In this document: positions 17,644 through 27,243 of the stretch, piece after piece
How the letters are laid out: the number at the start of each line of letters is the position of its first letter
How positions within the stretch are numbered: position 1 is the stretch's first letter
Source: a virus
Reading direction: 5' to 3' (one strand)
IMG/VR virus record: IMGVR_UViG_3300028792_000004
Coordinates: 3,385-67,384 of that record
DNA length: 64,000 bases
Translations under genes and position numbers: made by a program
The notes under the pieces: model-generated
The model's database searches: none
Told to the model about the DNA's origin: nothing
Seen by the model: the letters and a program-made list of their open reading frames with translations, nothing else

Positions 17644-19215
17644 GTGACTGTTACCCCCTCACAGCGACTAGACAACAGCCCCGCAGGAGCCTCTGGCGCT
17701 GACACCTCCCCGGAGGACATGGCGCTGATGGCCGAGGCCGGCCAGGTCCCGGTCTTCCACGAGATCGGCACCACCGGGCTCAAGCGCTCCGCGGGCTACC
17801 TCGACGAGGAGTTCCTGCCCCAGCTGCGCGGTCGCAAGGCGGTCGGGGTCTTCCGGGAGATGAACGACAACGACCCGATCATCGGCTCGCTGATGTTCGC
17901 GATCACCCGGCTCCTGGGCGACGTCAACTGGCGGGTGGAGCCCGCCGGCAAGGGCAAGGACGCGGCCGAGGCAGCCAAGCTCGTCGAGACCTGCATGGAC
18001 GACATGAACGTCCCCTGGGCGGAGTTCATCATGGAGGCCGCCACCCACCTGGTCTACGGGTGGGCCTGGCACGAGGTCGTCTACAAGCGCCGGACCGGGC
18101 CGTGGGAGCGCAACCCGCGGCTGCGCTCGAAGTACAGCGACGGCAAGATCGGCTGGCGCAAGATGCCGATCCGCTCCCAGGAGACGCTGCTGCGCTGGCT
18201 CTTCGACGATGAGGGCGACACCATCGGGATGGTCCAGATGGCCCCACCCCGGTACGAGACCAACGTGATCCCGCTGAACCGCTCGCTGCTGTTCCGCAAC
18301 GGCGTCTACAAGGGCTCCCCCGAGGGCCGCTCGATGCTGCGCAACGCCTACCGGCCGTGGTTCATGAAGAAGCGCCTCGAGGAGATCGAGGCGGTCGGCA
18401 TCGAGCGCGACCTCGCGGGCCTGCCGATGGTGAAGGTCCCCGCGGAGATGCTGCGCGCCAAGGCCGGCTCGGAGCAGCACAAGCAGGTCGAGGCATTCAA
18501 GAAGATGGTGAAGTCGGTCCGGCGCAACGAGCAGGAGGGGATGGTCTTCCCCGCGGCCTACGACCAGGACACCAAGCAGAAGCTCTACGACTTCGAGCTG
18601 CTCGGTGGCGGCGGCGCCCGGGCCTTCAACATCGACGGCACGATCAAGCGCTACGAGGAGCGGATGCTCGGCACGGTGCTGGCCGACTTCATCCTGCTCG
18701 GCCACCAGCAGACCGGCTCCTACTCGATGCACCTGGACAAGACCGCGATGTTCCGGGCCTCGCTGAACTCGGTGGCCAAGTCGATGGCCGAGGTGATGAA
18801 CCGGCACGCGATCCCGCGGCTGTTCATGGCCAACGGCTGGAAGCCGGCCGAGCTGCCCAAGATCGTGCCCAGCGACGTCGACGCTCCCGACATCGCCCAG
18901 CTCGGTGCGTTCATGACCTCGATGGCCGGCCTCGGCGTGCAGTGGTTCCCGGACCCGACGATGGAGCAGTTCGTGCGCCAGACCGCGCGGCTGCCCGAGC
19001 TCACCGACGACGCCGAGGAGCGTCGTCGGATGATGCAGATGCGCTCGGAGGCCACCGCGTTCAGCCAGGCCAATAGCGCCTACCTGCAGGCGCGCACCCA
19101 GGAGGCGATGGGTGGGATGGATCCGGCCGCGGCCGCTGGCGGCGCAGCCGGTGGTGCAGCTGGCGGTGGCGCGGCTCCTGCCGGCGCAGCGCCGGGGGCG
19201 GGGGCGAAGTCGTGA
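17644..19215 (+). CDS. portal protein
   Basis: Follows TerL; DEEFLPQLRG...EM.DND...GRSMLRNAYRPW..KK...GIERDLAGLP motifs of Mu gp29/DUF935-like portals. Confidence 0.9.
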   Translation: MTVTPSQRLDNSPAGASGADTSPEDMALMAEAGQVPVFHEIGTTGLKRSAGYLDEEFLPQLRGRKAVGVFREMNDNDPIIGSLMFAITRLLGDVNWRVEPAGKGKDAAEAAKLVETCMDDMNVPWAEFIMEAATHLVYGWAWHEVVYKRRTGPWERNPRLRSKYSDGKIGWRKMPIRSQETLLRWLFDDEGDTIGMVQMAPPRYETNVIPLNRSLLFRNGVYKGSPEGRSMLRNAYRPWFMKKRLEEIEAVGIERDLAGLPMVKVPAEMLRAKAGSEQHKQVEAFKKMVKSVRRNEQEGMVFPAAYDQDTKQKLYDFELLGGGGARAFNIDGTIKRYEERMLGTVLADFILLGHQQTGSYSMHLDKTAMFRASLNSVAKSMAEVMNRHAIPRLFMANGWKPAELPKIVPSDVDAPDIAQLGAFMTSMAGLGVQWFPDPTMEQFVRQTARLPELTDDAEERRRMMQMRSEATAFSQANSAYLQARTQEAMGGMDPAAAAGGAAGGAAGGGAAPAGAAPGAGAKS

Positions 19216-20543
19216 GTGAGCAGAGCCGGCGCACCCAGCACGCGACCAACGCGGCCGCCGGCCTGGGGCTGATCGCCGCCGGCGAGGGCATGGGGCACTT
19301 CGCCTCGGCCCGCGCCAGTCGCGCGGGACGGGTCAGCTCGATGATCCTGCCGCGCGGGGTGAAGGCGGTTGGGGTCCCGCTGGCGGCCACCGGCGTGGTC
19401 GGTGCTGCCCGCAACCGCGGCCGCGCCGATCGTGTCGACCTCACCAAGCTGCCCAAGCAGGTCGCGCACGGCACCGTCAAGATTCCCCGGGCGCGCCGCA
19501 AGGCCGCCACCCAGACCGCGGCCGACACCGGCGCCGCCGTCCTGGGCGGCACCGCCACCGGCTACCTGCTGCGTCGCGCCGGGCGTACGCCGGCGGGTCG
19601 CGTCGCGCTGGGCACTGTCGGCTCGGTCGGTGGCGCATCGAGCGCGCTCTACGGCCGGCAGAAGGGTCGTGAGTCCGGCCGTCGCCGTGCTCGGCTGGCC
19701 AAGGCCGAGCCCCAGCAGCACCAGCGGACCTTCCGGCTGCCGGTCCCCACCGTGGCCGACACCCACGAGGACTGGAAGTTGCACCGCCAGCGCCGCAGGA
19801 CGGCGAACACCTCGATCGCCGCGGCCGGGGTCGGCGCGGCGGCGCTAGCCGCCCGCGCCCCGCACCTGGTCAAGCCCAAGAAGCCCTCCCAGCGGCTGCT
19901 CAAGCTGCGCTCGCGCGGGAACAAGCTCTCCGAGGGGCTCGGTGCCGGTGCGGTGCTGGCTGGCCTCTACAGCGCCGGCACGGGCTACAGCACGAACCGC
20001 CACGACCTCGACGTCCAGGCTCGGCGGCTGCGCGAGCGGGACGCGCTCCTGCACCGCCGGAGCCCGGTGAACAAGGACGCCTTCACCCGCAAGTATGGCA
20101 ACCGGATCTCCCCGCAGGCCGAGTCCGGGTACGAGTACCTGCGCCAGGGCCGCAACCGGCAGGCGCGCAGCGCGGCGCTGAACACCGGACTGACGGCGGT
20201 CAACGCCACCGCGGCGCTGCGCGGCGGCAAGGTCATGCGTCCGGTCGGCCTCGGCCTGGGCGCGATCACCGGCACCCAGGCCGTGCGCCAGTACCGCGGC
20301 GCGAAGCGCTGGGAGGGCCACATGAAGAAGATCCGGGCCAAGGCCTACGAGCGCGCCGGCCAGGGCGTCTACGGCCGCGACCGGGAGATCGCCAAGGACG
20401 ACCTGTCCAAGGCCCTACTGCGAGTCCGCCCACCTGGGCTACCGTTCCCGAAGGGGCTCCGCCGGGCCCCCGCCATGCGCGCCGGCAGCGTACGGCGGAC
20501 CGCGAGCGGCAAGATGGTCGCCTTCCGCGGCTCCTACGGATGA
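19212..20543 (+). CDS. basic modular head-region protein (glycine zippers separated by LAK/VNK/IAK/LSK sites)
   Basis: GTGA overlap with portal; composition and repeated motifs. Confidence 0.65.
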   Translation: MSEQSRRTQHATNAAAGLGLIAAGEGMGHFASARASRAGRVSSMILPRGVKAVGVPLAATGVVGAARNRGRADRVDLTKLPKQVAHGTVKIPRARRKAATQTAADTGAAVLGGTATGYLLRRAGRTPAGRVALGTVGSVGGASSALYGRQKGRESGRRRARLAKAEPQQHQRTFRLPVPTVADTHEDWKLHRQRRRTANTSIAAAGVGAAALAARAPHLVKPKKPSQRLLKLRSRGNKLSEGLGAGAVLAGLYSAGTGYSTNRHDLDVQARRLRERDALLHRRSPVNKDAFTRKYGNRISPQAESGYEYLRQGRNRQARSAALNTGLTAVNATAALRGGKVMRPVGLGLGAITGTQAVRQYRGAKRWEGHMKKIRAKAYERAGQGVYGRDREIAKDDLSKALLRVRPPGLPFPKGLRRAPAMRAGSVRRTASGKMVAFRGSYG

Positions 20544-20547
20544 GGAG

Positions 20548-23500
20548 ATGCCCGTGTCGAAGGTGCTGAGTGTGCTGGCCAAGGCGGTGCAGCAGGACGA
20601 GGAGTCCGCTGCCGAGCTGATGGACCAGATCGCGATGGAGGTCATCGCCGACGAGATCGACGCCCATGGCGGCGACATCGAGCTGCTGGCCCGCCCACAG
20701 CTGGCCGAGCTGGTCGCCAAGGCCAAGCGCGGCCTGCTGCGCGGCTACGTCGCCAAGGCTGTCGCGGGCACCTACCCCGACGAGTCATACGCCCGCGTCG
20801 CGGCGCAGCTGAACATGCTCACCGAGGTGATCAAGGACGATGAGCCGTTCGACCCGAAGAAGCACCCCCGCGGCCAGGGTGGCCGGTTCACCCGTTCGAT
20901 CAGCCACGCTCCGGTCTCCAGCCTCTCCCACATCAGGGACTACCGGCAGCTCTCCCCGGCCAACCGGAGCCTGCGCGCCGCCGGCAAGGACCCCGACACG
21001 GACCCGGCCCGGGACAAGTTCCTGGCCGAGCAGGGGGAGTGGGAGGACGCCCAGCGGAAGATGAAGGAGTTCCAGGACACCTTCCCCGGCTCCACTAGGA
21101 ACGTCGACGCCGTCTTCTCCTTCCGGACCAAGGACGGCTCGAGCGAGAAGTTCTCCGTCCCGCTGGGCAAGCCGCTGGACGCCAACATCGCCGCAGCGGC
21201 CGGGTACGGCCTCGACGACCGGCTGGACTTCGTGGAGATCCAGCCCGGCCCCGGCGCCAACGAGGCCCTGAAGGACAAGGTCGCGCGCTTCAACGACATC
21301 GCCGGCCAGACCGGCTCGCCGCGCACTGCCCGGCTGATGACCAGCTACGACCCGGAGAAGCTGCGCTACCTCGGCGGGGTCTTCGGCGACGACATCAACG
21401 GCGAGGCCGTCCAGCGCCCCGGCATCAAGCGGTTCTTCAGCCGGACCCAGGCGGCCGGCAACGTGCTCGAGGGGATCACCGGCGCGGAGAAGTACGGCAA
21501 GATGGTGCGCCTGGCCGGTGAGTTCGGCTCCGAGGCCGACCGGGCGCTGGGCCCCGCGGCCCAGCGCGCCGCCTACCGCTACCGCGGCACCGAGAAGGAG
21601 GCCGACCCGACCTTGCGCCGGGCCTTCACCAGCCGCGACATGCAGCTGGTCGACGCGGTGGGCGAGGCCAACAGCGGGGACGACCTGGCGCGGGTCGACC
21701 AGATCCGCGAGGGGATCAAGCAGCAGAAGCGCGAGCGGGGCGGCACCAGCCCGGTGCTCGGCGCCCTGGAGCACCGGCTCACCGAGTCGGCCAACTCCCC
21801 CGAGCCGATGCTCGGTGACGAGCTGGCGATGAAGGTCCGCTCCGACGTCGCCGCGGCGCACATGATGTCCACGCTGCCCGACGACCCGCGCGCGGCCGAG
21901 CTCTCCCGGCTCTCGGGTCACGTGCTGCCCTCCCAGGGCGTGATCATCGACCACGATGGCGACGTGGTCTCCCAGGCGGTCGGCTACGGCGAGGACCACT
22001 ACTTGCCCTTCGACCTGAAGAACATCCGCGCGCTCAAGGGCGGCCAGTACGTGCGTACCCGGATGGAGGGCGGCCCCACCGGCGAGGACGTCTACGCCCT
22101 GGTCGCCACCGGCGCCCGGATGGGCACCGTGGTGTCCTCGAGCGGGGTCTTCACCTTCGAGATGGACCCGAACTTCCGCGGCCGCCGCGGCTCCAGCGAC
22201 AAGGCCCGGATGGTCTACCAGCGCTACCTGGAGATCCTCGACGCCGTGGACGGCTCCGGGCTCTACTCCCGCGACCTCTCCGCTGCCGACAAGGCCCGCG
22301 TGGAGGAGACCGCGAGCGCGATGAACTACGAGATCGGCGGCACTGAGCACCAGGCGATGCTGAACGCCGAGCGGGCCAAGCAGAAGAAGCTCACCCCCGA
22401 CCAGGTAGAGGCCATCGAGGCCGAGGCACGCCAGGAGCTGCAGGCCAGCGGCCGGCGCTTCACCGAGCTTTCCACCGCGCGGCAGAACGCCGAGGTCACC
22501 TCGCTGACCGAGGAGCGTGTGCTGGAGCGCAAGGGCGAGCTGATCCGCGAGGTCTCGCTCAACGCCGAGGGCTACGCGCTGGCCATGAAGACGCTGCAGC
22601 AGCAGTTCCCCTACTTCATCCGCACCGCGACCTACGAGCCGCTGCGCAACAAGGAGACTGGCGGCGGCTTCTTCGCTGCCCGGGGTATGGACGCGGGCCA
22701 GGCCGTGCGCCAGCGCTCGCTGTCCGACGACCGCGGCTACGTCCGTCCAGGTGGGCTGCGCTCGGAGGGCACCAAGGAGGGCTTCTACGCCACCGCCGGC
22801 GCGCGCAGGCTCAAGCGGACCAAGCGGGACGAGCCCGAAGAGTCTCCCAAGGCGATCCCGGCCGCAGCCGGGACCGCCGCTGTGACAACTCCTGGCGCTG
22901 CTGCCCCCGCCGCGGCGCCCAGCCAGGCCACGGCCGTTCCCAGTGGGAAGCTCGCTGAGGCGCTGGCGCCGCGCTCGACCGAGTTCACCAACAGGCGCGA
23001 TGTGGCGGTCAAGGAACTCCACCAGGCGTGGGCCGTGCTCAGCCAGTCCAACCAGGGTCAGCTCGGTGGCCAGGGACTGGAGAACCTCGGCGGCGCGCAG
23101 GTCCCGTGGGACCAGGTCAAGGGTCGTCGCGACCTCGCGGCCGCCTGGCTGATGGACGCGGTGCCGGCACAGTTCAACGAGGTGATGTCCACCGACCAGG
23201 CCAGCGCGCTCGACGTGCTCTCGGACCGGGACCTGATCGCCTCTACTGTGCGCGGCAAGCTCTCGGCCGGTGCGGCTGGCTGGGGCGACCCCCAGGCGAT
23301 CGAGGCGCTGCAGCTGCCCGGGGTCAAGGACTCCGACTCCTTCGCCAGGTACGTGGCCGACACCGCCCAGCGGGTGGTGGACTACCAGCAGCTGGCCAAC
23401 CCGGCCTTCTTCCGCACCACCGAGGGCGTCTGGGAGACCAGCGGGCCGCGCGAGCAGCCCGACCTGGCCACGATCACCACCCAGGAGGGGCTGGACGCCT

Positions 23501-24066
23501 ACGCCAAGCAGCACCCCGAGACGGCCCGGCTCGCCCAGACCATCGGCCTCGCCGGAGACCGCCCCCGGCGGTTCTCCGACATGAAGTCCGACGTCGCAGA
23601 GCGGCTGAAGGCACTGAAGGCCTTCTCCAACTTCAGCGACGCGCTGCGCGCAGCCGCGACGAGCATCAGCTCCCCGGACCAGATGAAGGAGCGGGCAGTC
23701 GCTCAGAAGCTCTCCGAGGCTGGGATCGACGCCGACCAACTGGGCAAGATGGTCGGTCGGCAGTTCGGCAGCCCGGTGGAGATCGCCGACTGGGCGCGCG
23801 GGGAGGCCGGCGTCTCCGGCGCGGACCGGGCGGCGATGGAGATCCAGCGGGCCTGGTCCCTGGCCGCGGTCTCCAGACTGGTCGACGCGGCCGAAGGCGG
23901 TGACCTGGTCCCAAAAGACGAGCCCGCCCTGGCCCGACTGGCCAAGGCGGCGCCCTCGCTCCCACGGGTCGCCGTGCTCTCACCGAAGGACCCACGGAGT
24001 CTGGTGGTGAAGCGCCTGGTGCGCGACCAACCGCTCCCGCGAGCCTTTCGCGCGCAGAGAAGGTAG
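20548..24066 (+). CDS. large putative internal head protein (1172 aa), N-terminal partner of a -1 frameshift
   Basis: SD GAGGAG; HPRGQGGRF motif; degenerate JAB/MPN-like segment; slippery site near the C-terminus. Confidence 0.7.
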   Translation: MPVSKVLSVLAKAVQQDEESAAELMDQIAMEVIADEIDAHGGDIELLARPQLAELVAKAKRGLLRGYVAKAVAGTYPDESYARVAAQLNMLTEVIKDDEPFDPKKHPRGQGGRFTRSISHAPVSSLSHIRDYRQLSPANRSLRAAGKDPDTDPARDKFLAEQGEWEDAQRKMKEFQDTFPGSTRNVDAVFSFRTKDGSSEKFSVPLGKPLDANIAAAAGYGLDDRLDFVEIQPGPGANEALKDKVARFNDIAGQTGSPRTARLMTSYDPEKLRYLGGVFGDDINGEAVQRPGIKRFFSRTQAAGNVLEGITGAEKYGKMVRLAGEFGSEADRALGPAAQRAAYRYRGTEKEADPTLRRAFTSRDMQLVDAVGEANSGDDLARVDQIREGIKQQKRERGGTSPVLGALEHRLTESANSPEPMLGDELAMKVRSDVAAAHMMSTLPDDPRAAELSRLSGHVLPSQGVIIDHDGDVVSQAVGYGEDHYLPFDLKNIRALKGGQYVRTRMEGGPTGEDVYALVATGARMGTVVSSSGVFTFEMDPNFRGRRGSSDKARMVYQRYLEILDAVDGSGLYSRDLSAADKARVEETASAMNYEIGGTEHQAMLNAERAKQKKLTPDQVEAIEAEARQELQASGRRFTELSTARQNAEVTSLTEERVLERKGELIREVSLNAEGYALAMKTLQQQFPYFIRTATYEPLRNKETGGGFFAARGMDAGQAVRQRSLSDDRGYVRPGGLRSEGTKEGFYATAGARRLKRTKRDEPEESPKAIPAAAGTAAVTTPGAAAPAAAPSQATAVPSGKLAEALAPRSTEFTNRRDVAVKELHQAWAVLSQSNQGQLGGQGLENLGGAQVPWDQVKGRRDLAAAWLMDAVPAQFNEVMSTDQASALDVLSDRDLIASTVRGKLSAGAAGWGDPQAIEALQLPGVKDSDSFARYVADTAQRVVDYQQLANPAFFRTTEGVWETSGPREQPDLATITTQEGLDAYAKQHPETARLAQTIGLAGDRPRRFSDMKSDVAERLKALKAFSNFSDALRAAATSISSPDQMKERAVAQKLSEAGIDADQLGKMVGRQFGSPVEIADWARGEAGVSGADRAAMEIQRAWSLAAVSRLVDAAEGGDLVPKDEPALARLAKAAPSLPRVAVLSPKDPRSLVVKRLVRDQPLPRAFRAQRR
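23896..23950 (+). promoter_or_regulatory. programmed -1 ribosomal frameshift signal (SD-like GGCGGTGA, C CCA AAA, stem-loop)
   Basis: Heptamer 23910-23916 in the zero frame; hairpin 23924-23950 starts 7 nt downstream; -1 frame open 23904-24941. Confidence 0.75.
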
Positions 24067-24941
24067 AGGCGGCCTACGACGCCCTGGAAGACATGATCGG
24101 CATGGAGTCGGTCAAGCGTCAGGCGTACTCCCTCGCCGCGGCGGCGCAAGCACGCCGCGAGCGTGAGGAGGCCGACCTGCCCGTCACCGACCGGACCAAC
24201 CACCTGGTCTTCACCGGCAGCCCCGGGGTGGGCAAGACGTCGGTGGCGCGGATCTTCAAGGACCTGTACTACGGACTGGGCCTGATCGAGCGCGACTCCT
24301 ACGTCGAGGCGCAGACCTCGGACCTGATGGGGTCCTACATGGGCCAGACTCCCGAGCGCACCCGGAAGTTCCTCGAGGACAACAAGGGCGGCGTGATCTT
24401 CATCGACGAGGCCTACAAGTTCTCCGAGGGCGAGCGCAACGAGTACGGCCAGCAGGCACTCAACGAGATCCTCACCTTCGCCGACGAGCACCGTGGCGAC
24501 ACCGTGATCATCCTGGCTGGCTACCCCGAGGCGATGCGCAGGATGCTCAACACCAACCCCGGGCTGCCGCGGCGCTTCCCGAACGTGATCGAGCTGCCCG
24601 ACCTCGACCGCGGCGGGATGAGCGAGGTGATGCACCGCAACCTGCGCTCGAACCTGGACAAGCTCGCACCCGGCGGGCACCAGGCGCTCGAGCGCGCCAT
24701 GGACCGCGCGCTCCCCGCTCTGCAGACCGGCAACGCCGGCGAGGTGCGCAACCTGCTGGAGAAGATCCACACCGCCCGCGACCTGCGGCTGGCCCCGCTG
24801 CCGAAGCGCACGATGGCCGACAAGACCACGATCACCATCGACGACATCGAGATCGGCACCCGGGACTACCTCGCCAGCGCGCAGGCCCAGCGCGGCCGGC
24901 TGGTGCCGACGAATCGGAAGAAGTCCCTTGCAGACGGGTGA
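23910..24941 (+). CDS. SpoVK/CbbX/EccA-family AAA+ ATPase domain, probably expressed as a frameshift extension (first ATG at 24093 lies inside the domain)
   Basis: HLVFTGSPGVGKT, GSYMGQT, GGVIFIDEAY, IILAGY, NPGL.RRF; homologous first helix EAAYDALEDMIG begins upstream of the ATG. Confidence 0.85.
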   Translation, partial: PKRRARPGPTGQGGALAPTGRRALTEGPTESGGEAPGARPTAPASLSRAEKVEAAYDALEDMIGMESVKRQAYSLAAAAQARREREEADLPVTDRTNHLVFTGSPGVGKTSVARIFKDLYYGLGLIERDSYVEAQTSDLMGSYMGQTPERTRKFLEDNKGGVIFIDEAYKFSEGERNEYGQQALNEILTFADEHRGDTVIILAGYPEAMRRMLNTNPGLPRRFPNVIELPDLDRGGMSEVMHRNLRSNLDKLAPGGHQALERAMDRALPALQTGNAGEVRNLLEKIHTARDLRLAPLPKRTMADKTTITIDDIEIGTRDYLASAQAQRGRLVPTNRKKSLADG

Positions 24942-27222
24942 GCGCTGGTGGACCGACATCGAGAAGGCCCAGCAGGTCCTCTCGATCGTCGGAGGCGACG
25001 ACGTGGCGCAGAGCGTCGGCACGGTGGCGCTGGGCTACCACGCCGTGCTGGCGAGCTCGCTGCGCCCGCTGTGCGCCCGCACGCTGATCGACCATGCGGA
25101 CGTGACCAACGCGCTCGAGGACGTCGACCTGTTCCCGGTGATGAAGGCGATGACCGCCGCCGTCTCCCCGGTGCTCGGCGACGCCGCCGGGGTCTACGCC
25201 GCCGACCTGGTGGGCCAGCTGCACCAGGAGGCCGAGGAGGGGATCCTCCACGAGCTGCGGATCCTCGTCTCCAAGGGCGTGGCGTGGCCTCAGGCGATCG
25301 AGCGCGTCTGTGGCGTCGCCGGCGTCCCGGCTCGCGCGGTCAACGGCTACGTGCAGAAGATGGCCCAGCCACAGGTGAACCCCCTGGTGCTGGCCGACGA
25401 GGGCGACCGCACGCTGATGACCTGGGCCTCCCGGCTGGGCGCGCGCGAGGCCACCTCACCACTGGAGGGTGTGGCCAAGGTCGAGAGCTTCGACGAACGC
25501 GAGCACCCACGGTCCGGGGAGACCGGCCGCTTCGTGGAGGCTCCTGACGACGGGGCCACCGCCGGCGGCGAGCGGCAGGCGCGGCTGTCCCGGCTGTCCC
25601 GCCTCTCCCGGCTCAGCAACCTCCAGGCTCGGTCCCGTGCCGAGGCGAGTGAGCGCGTCGCAGCGGAGGAGAAGCGCCAGGGCGAGAAGAAGTCCCTGGC
25701 CGAGCTCCAGGCCGAGGTGCTCGGTCGCCGCGGGGCGCAGGGCCGCGCGCCCCGCACGCGCGGCGCGCAGGGCCGTGAAGCGCAGGGTCGCGAAGCGCAG
25801 GTGCGGGCCCCGCGCATCCAGGAGGCCCCCAGGACACGCGAGCTGGCGCGGGTTGAGGAGGCGCCGGCGCCGATCGCGGCGCAGCGTGAGTCCTTCGGCC
25901 ACCGGCTGCACGAGCAGGTCTCGGTCGACATGAACCCCGGCGCCATCGCACTCACGCACATCGGCGCGATCCTCTCCGGCAACGAGATCGGCCGGCTGGG
26001 AGACGTCACCACGAAGCCGGGCGAGCAGGTCATCGGCCAAGCGAGACTGCTGATCGACCAGGCCTACGTCAGCCACGACAACGGCGACGGCACCTACGAG
26101 CTCGACGAGAACTACGACTACCGGATCACCGGCGCCGAGCTCAGCGGCCTCGACCTCGTACTGCGGCTGGCGCCGATCGAGGACGGCGGCGTCGGCAAGG
26201 CGGACTTCGACGAGCGCGAGCACCCGCGTGACGAGGATGGCCGCTTCTCCGAGACCGAGTCCAGGCGTCAGCGCCTCTCCCGCCTCTCCCGACTCCAGGG
26301 GCTGGCCAACCGGCAGGCCCGGCAGGCGGCGGCGAGTGCCGCCGAGACCAAGGCTCGCGAGGCTGCTCGGGACGAGGCGAGTGCCACCGAAGCGGTGCTC
26401 GCGCGGATGCAGCCCGCGCAGGGTCGAGAGGCCAAGACGCGCGGGGCCCAGACCAGGAGCGCCCGACTCGTGCCCACCCGGGCGCGCAGCGCCCGGAGGG
26501 CTGCGGAGGAAACCAGGCAGGAAGCGCAGCCCCAGGTCGACCACCTCAGCGCCGAGCGGCCGGCACTGCTGCTCGACGAGTCCACTTTCGCCCAGCTCAC
26601 CAACGCCTATGTCGACGACGAGGCGTTCAAGGAGCCCACGAACCTCAGCGCGGTGACCGGCAGGTCACCGAGCGAGATCAAGTCGCTGATGAAGTCCACC
26701 CAGATGGTGCAAGGGGACCAGGTCAGTGATCGCCTCGCTGCGCACGCGTGGCAGTCGATCTTCCAGCAGCATCGTGGCCGGCAGATGATCGAGGTCGCCG
26801 AGGCGCACCACGTCTTCACCACGGCCGGTGAGGCGCGTGACGCCGCGATCCAGCTGCTCGGTGCGGAGAAGCGGCTCGACGAGGACGGCCTCGAGGCCTA
26901 CGTCCCCGGGGTCGAGGCGATCGCGCACCGCGGCGGCGGCCCGGCCGTCTACCGCCCGGTCGTCTACCGGCAGCCCCTGGAGGGCAGCAGCGATCTGCAC
27001 GACGCTCCGTTGCACGTGATGACCGGCGACGCAGGCGCGATGATGCGCCTGCGCAACGGCGACACCGAGGGGCTGGTGATCCAGCGCGTCGGCGAGGGCG
27101 CCGGCGCGCAGGAGCTGGAGCGGATGGGCGGCGGCACTCACCTGGGCTTCGCCGATGTGCACCTGAACACCAACGTCTTCGAGGTCATAGACACGCGCCA
27201 ACCGCGGGAACGTCGGCCATGA
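24928..27222 (+). CDS. putative internal head protein with two HPR..GRF / RLSRL / AQGR modules
   Basis: TTG start with GGAAG SD; internal duplication visible in the translation. Confidence 0.7.
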   Translation: MQTGERWWTDIEKAQQVLSIVGGDDVAQSVGTVALGYHAVLASSLRPLCARTLIDHADVTNALEDVDLFPVMKAMTAAVSPVLGDAAGVYAADLVGQLHQEAEEGILHELRILVSKGVAWPQAIERVCGVAGVPARAVNGYVQKMAQPQVNPLVLADEGDRTLMTWASRLGAREATSPLEGVAKVESFDEREHPRSGETGRFVEAPDDGATAGGERQARLSRLSRLSRLSNLQARSRAEASERVAAEEKRQGEKKSLAELQAEVLGRRGAQGRAPRTRGAQGREAQGREAQVRAPRIQEAPRTRELARVEEAPAPIAAQRESFGHRLHEQVSVDMNPGAIALTHIGAILSGNEIGRLGDVTTKPGEQVIGQARLLIDQAYVSHDNGDGTYELDENYDYRITGAELSGLDLVLRLAPIEDGGVGKADFDEREHPRDEDGRFSETESRRQRLSRLSRLQGLANRQARQAAASAAETKAREAARDEASATEAVLARMQPAQGREAKTRGAQTRSARLVPTRARSARRAAEETRQEAQPQVDHLSAERPALLLDESTFAQLTNAYVDDEAFKEPTNLSAVTGRSPSEIKSLMKSTQMVQGDQVSDRLAAHAWQSIFQQHRGRQMIEVAEAHHVFTTAGEARDAAIQLLGAEKRLDEDGLEAYVPGVEAIAHRGGGPAVYRPVVYRQPLEGSSDLHDAPLHVMTGDAGAMMRLRNGDTEGLVIQRVGEGAGAQELERMGGGTHLGFADVHLNTNVFEVIDTRQPRERRP

Positions 27223-27243
27223 TGGAGACGACGAGGAGGAACG

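Noticed and set aside
24093-24941. EccA-like ATPase as evidence of a type VII secretion system
   Set aside because: No EccB/C/D, WXG100 or mycosin genes and no TPR N-domain; the context is a phage head module
24921-24941. +1 frameshift (TCC CTT G) joining the ATPase to ORF 24928 into a >2000-aa chain
   Set aside because: ORF 24928 has a plausible TTG with a GGAAG SD 7 nt upstream, and no recognised +1 signal such as a hungry or stop codon directly follows CTT
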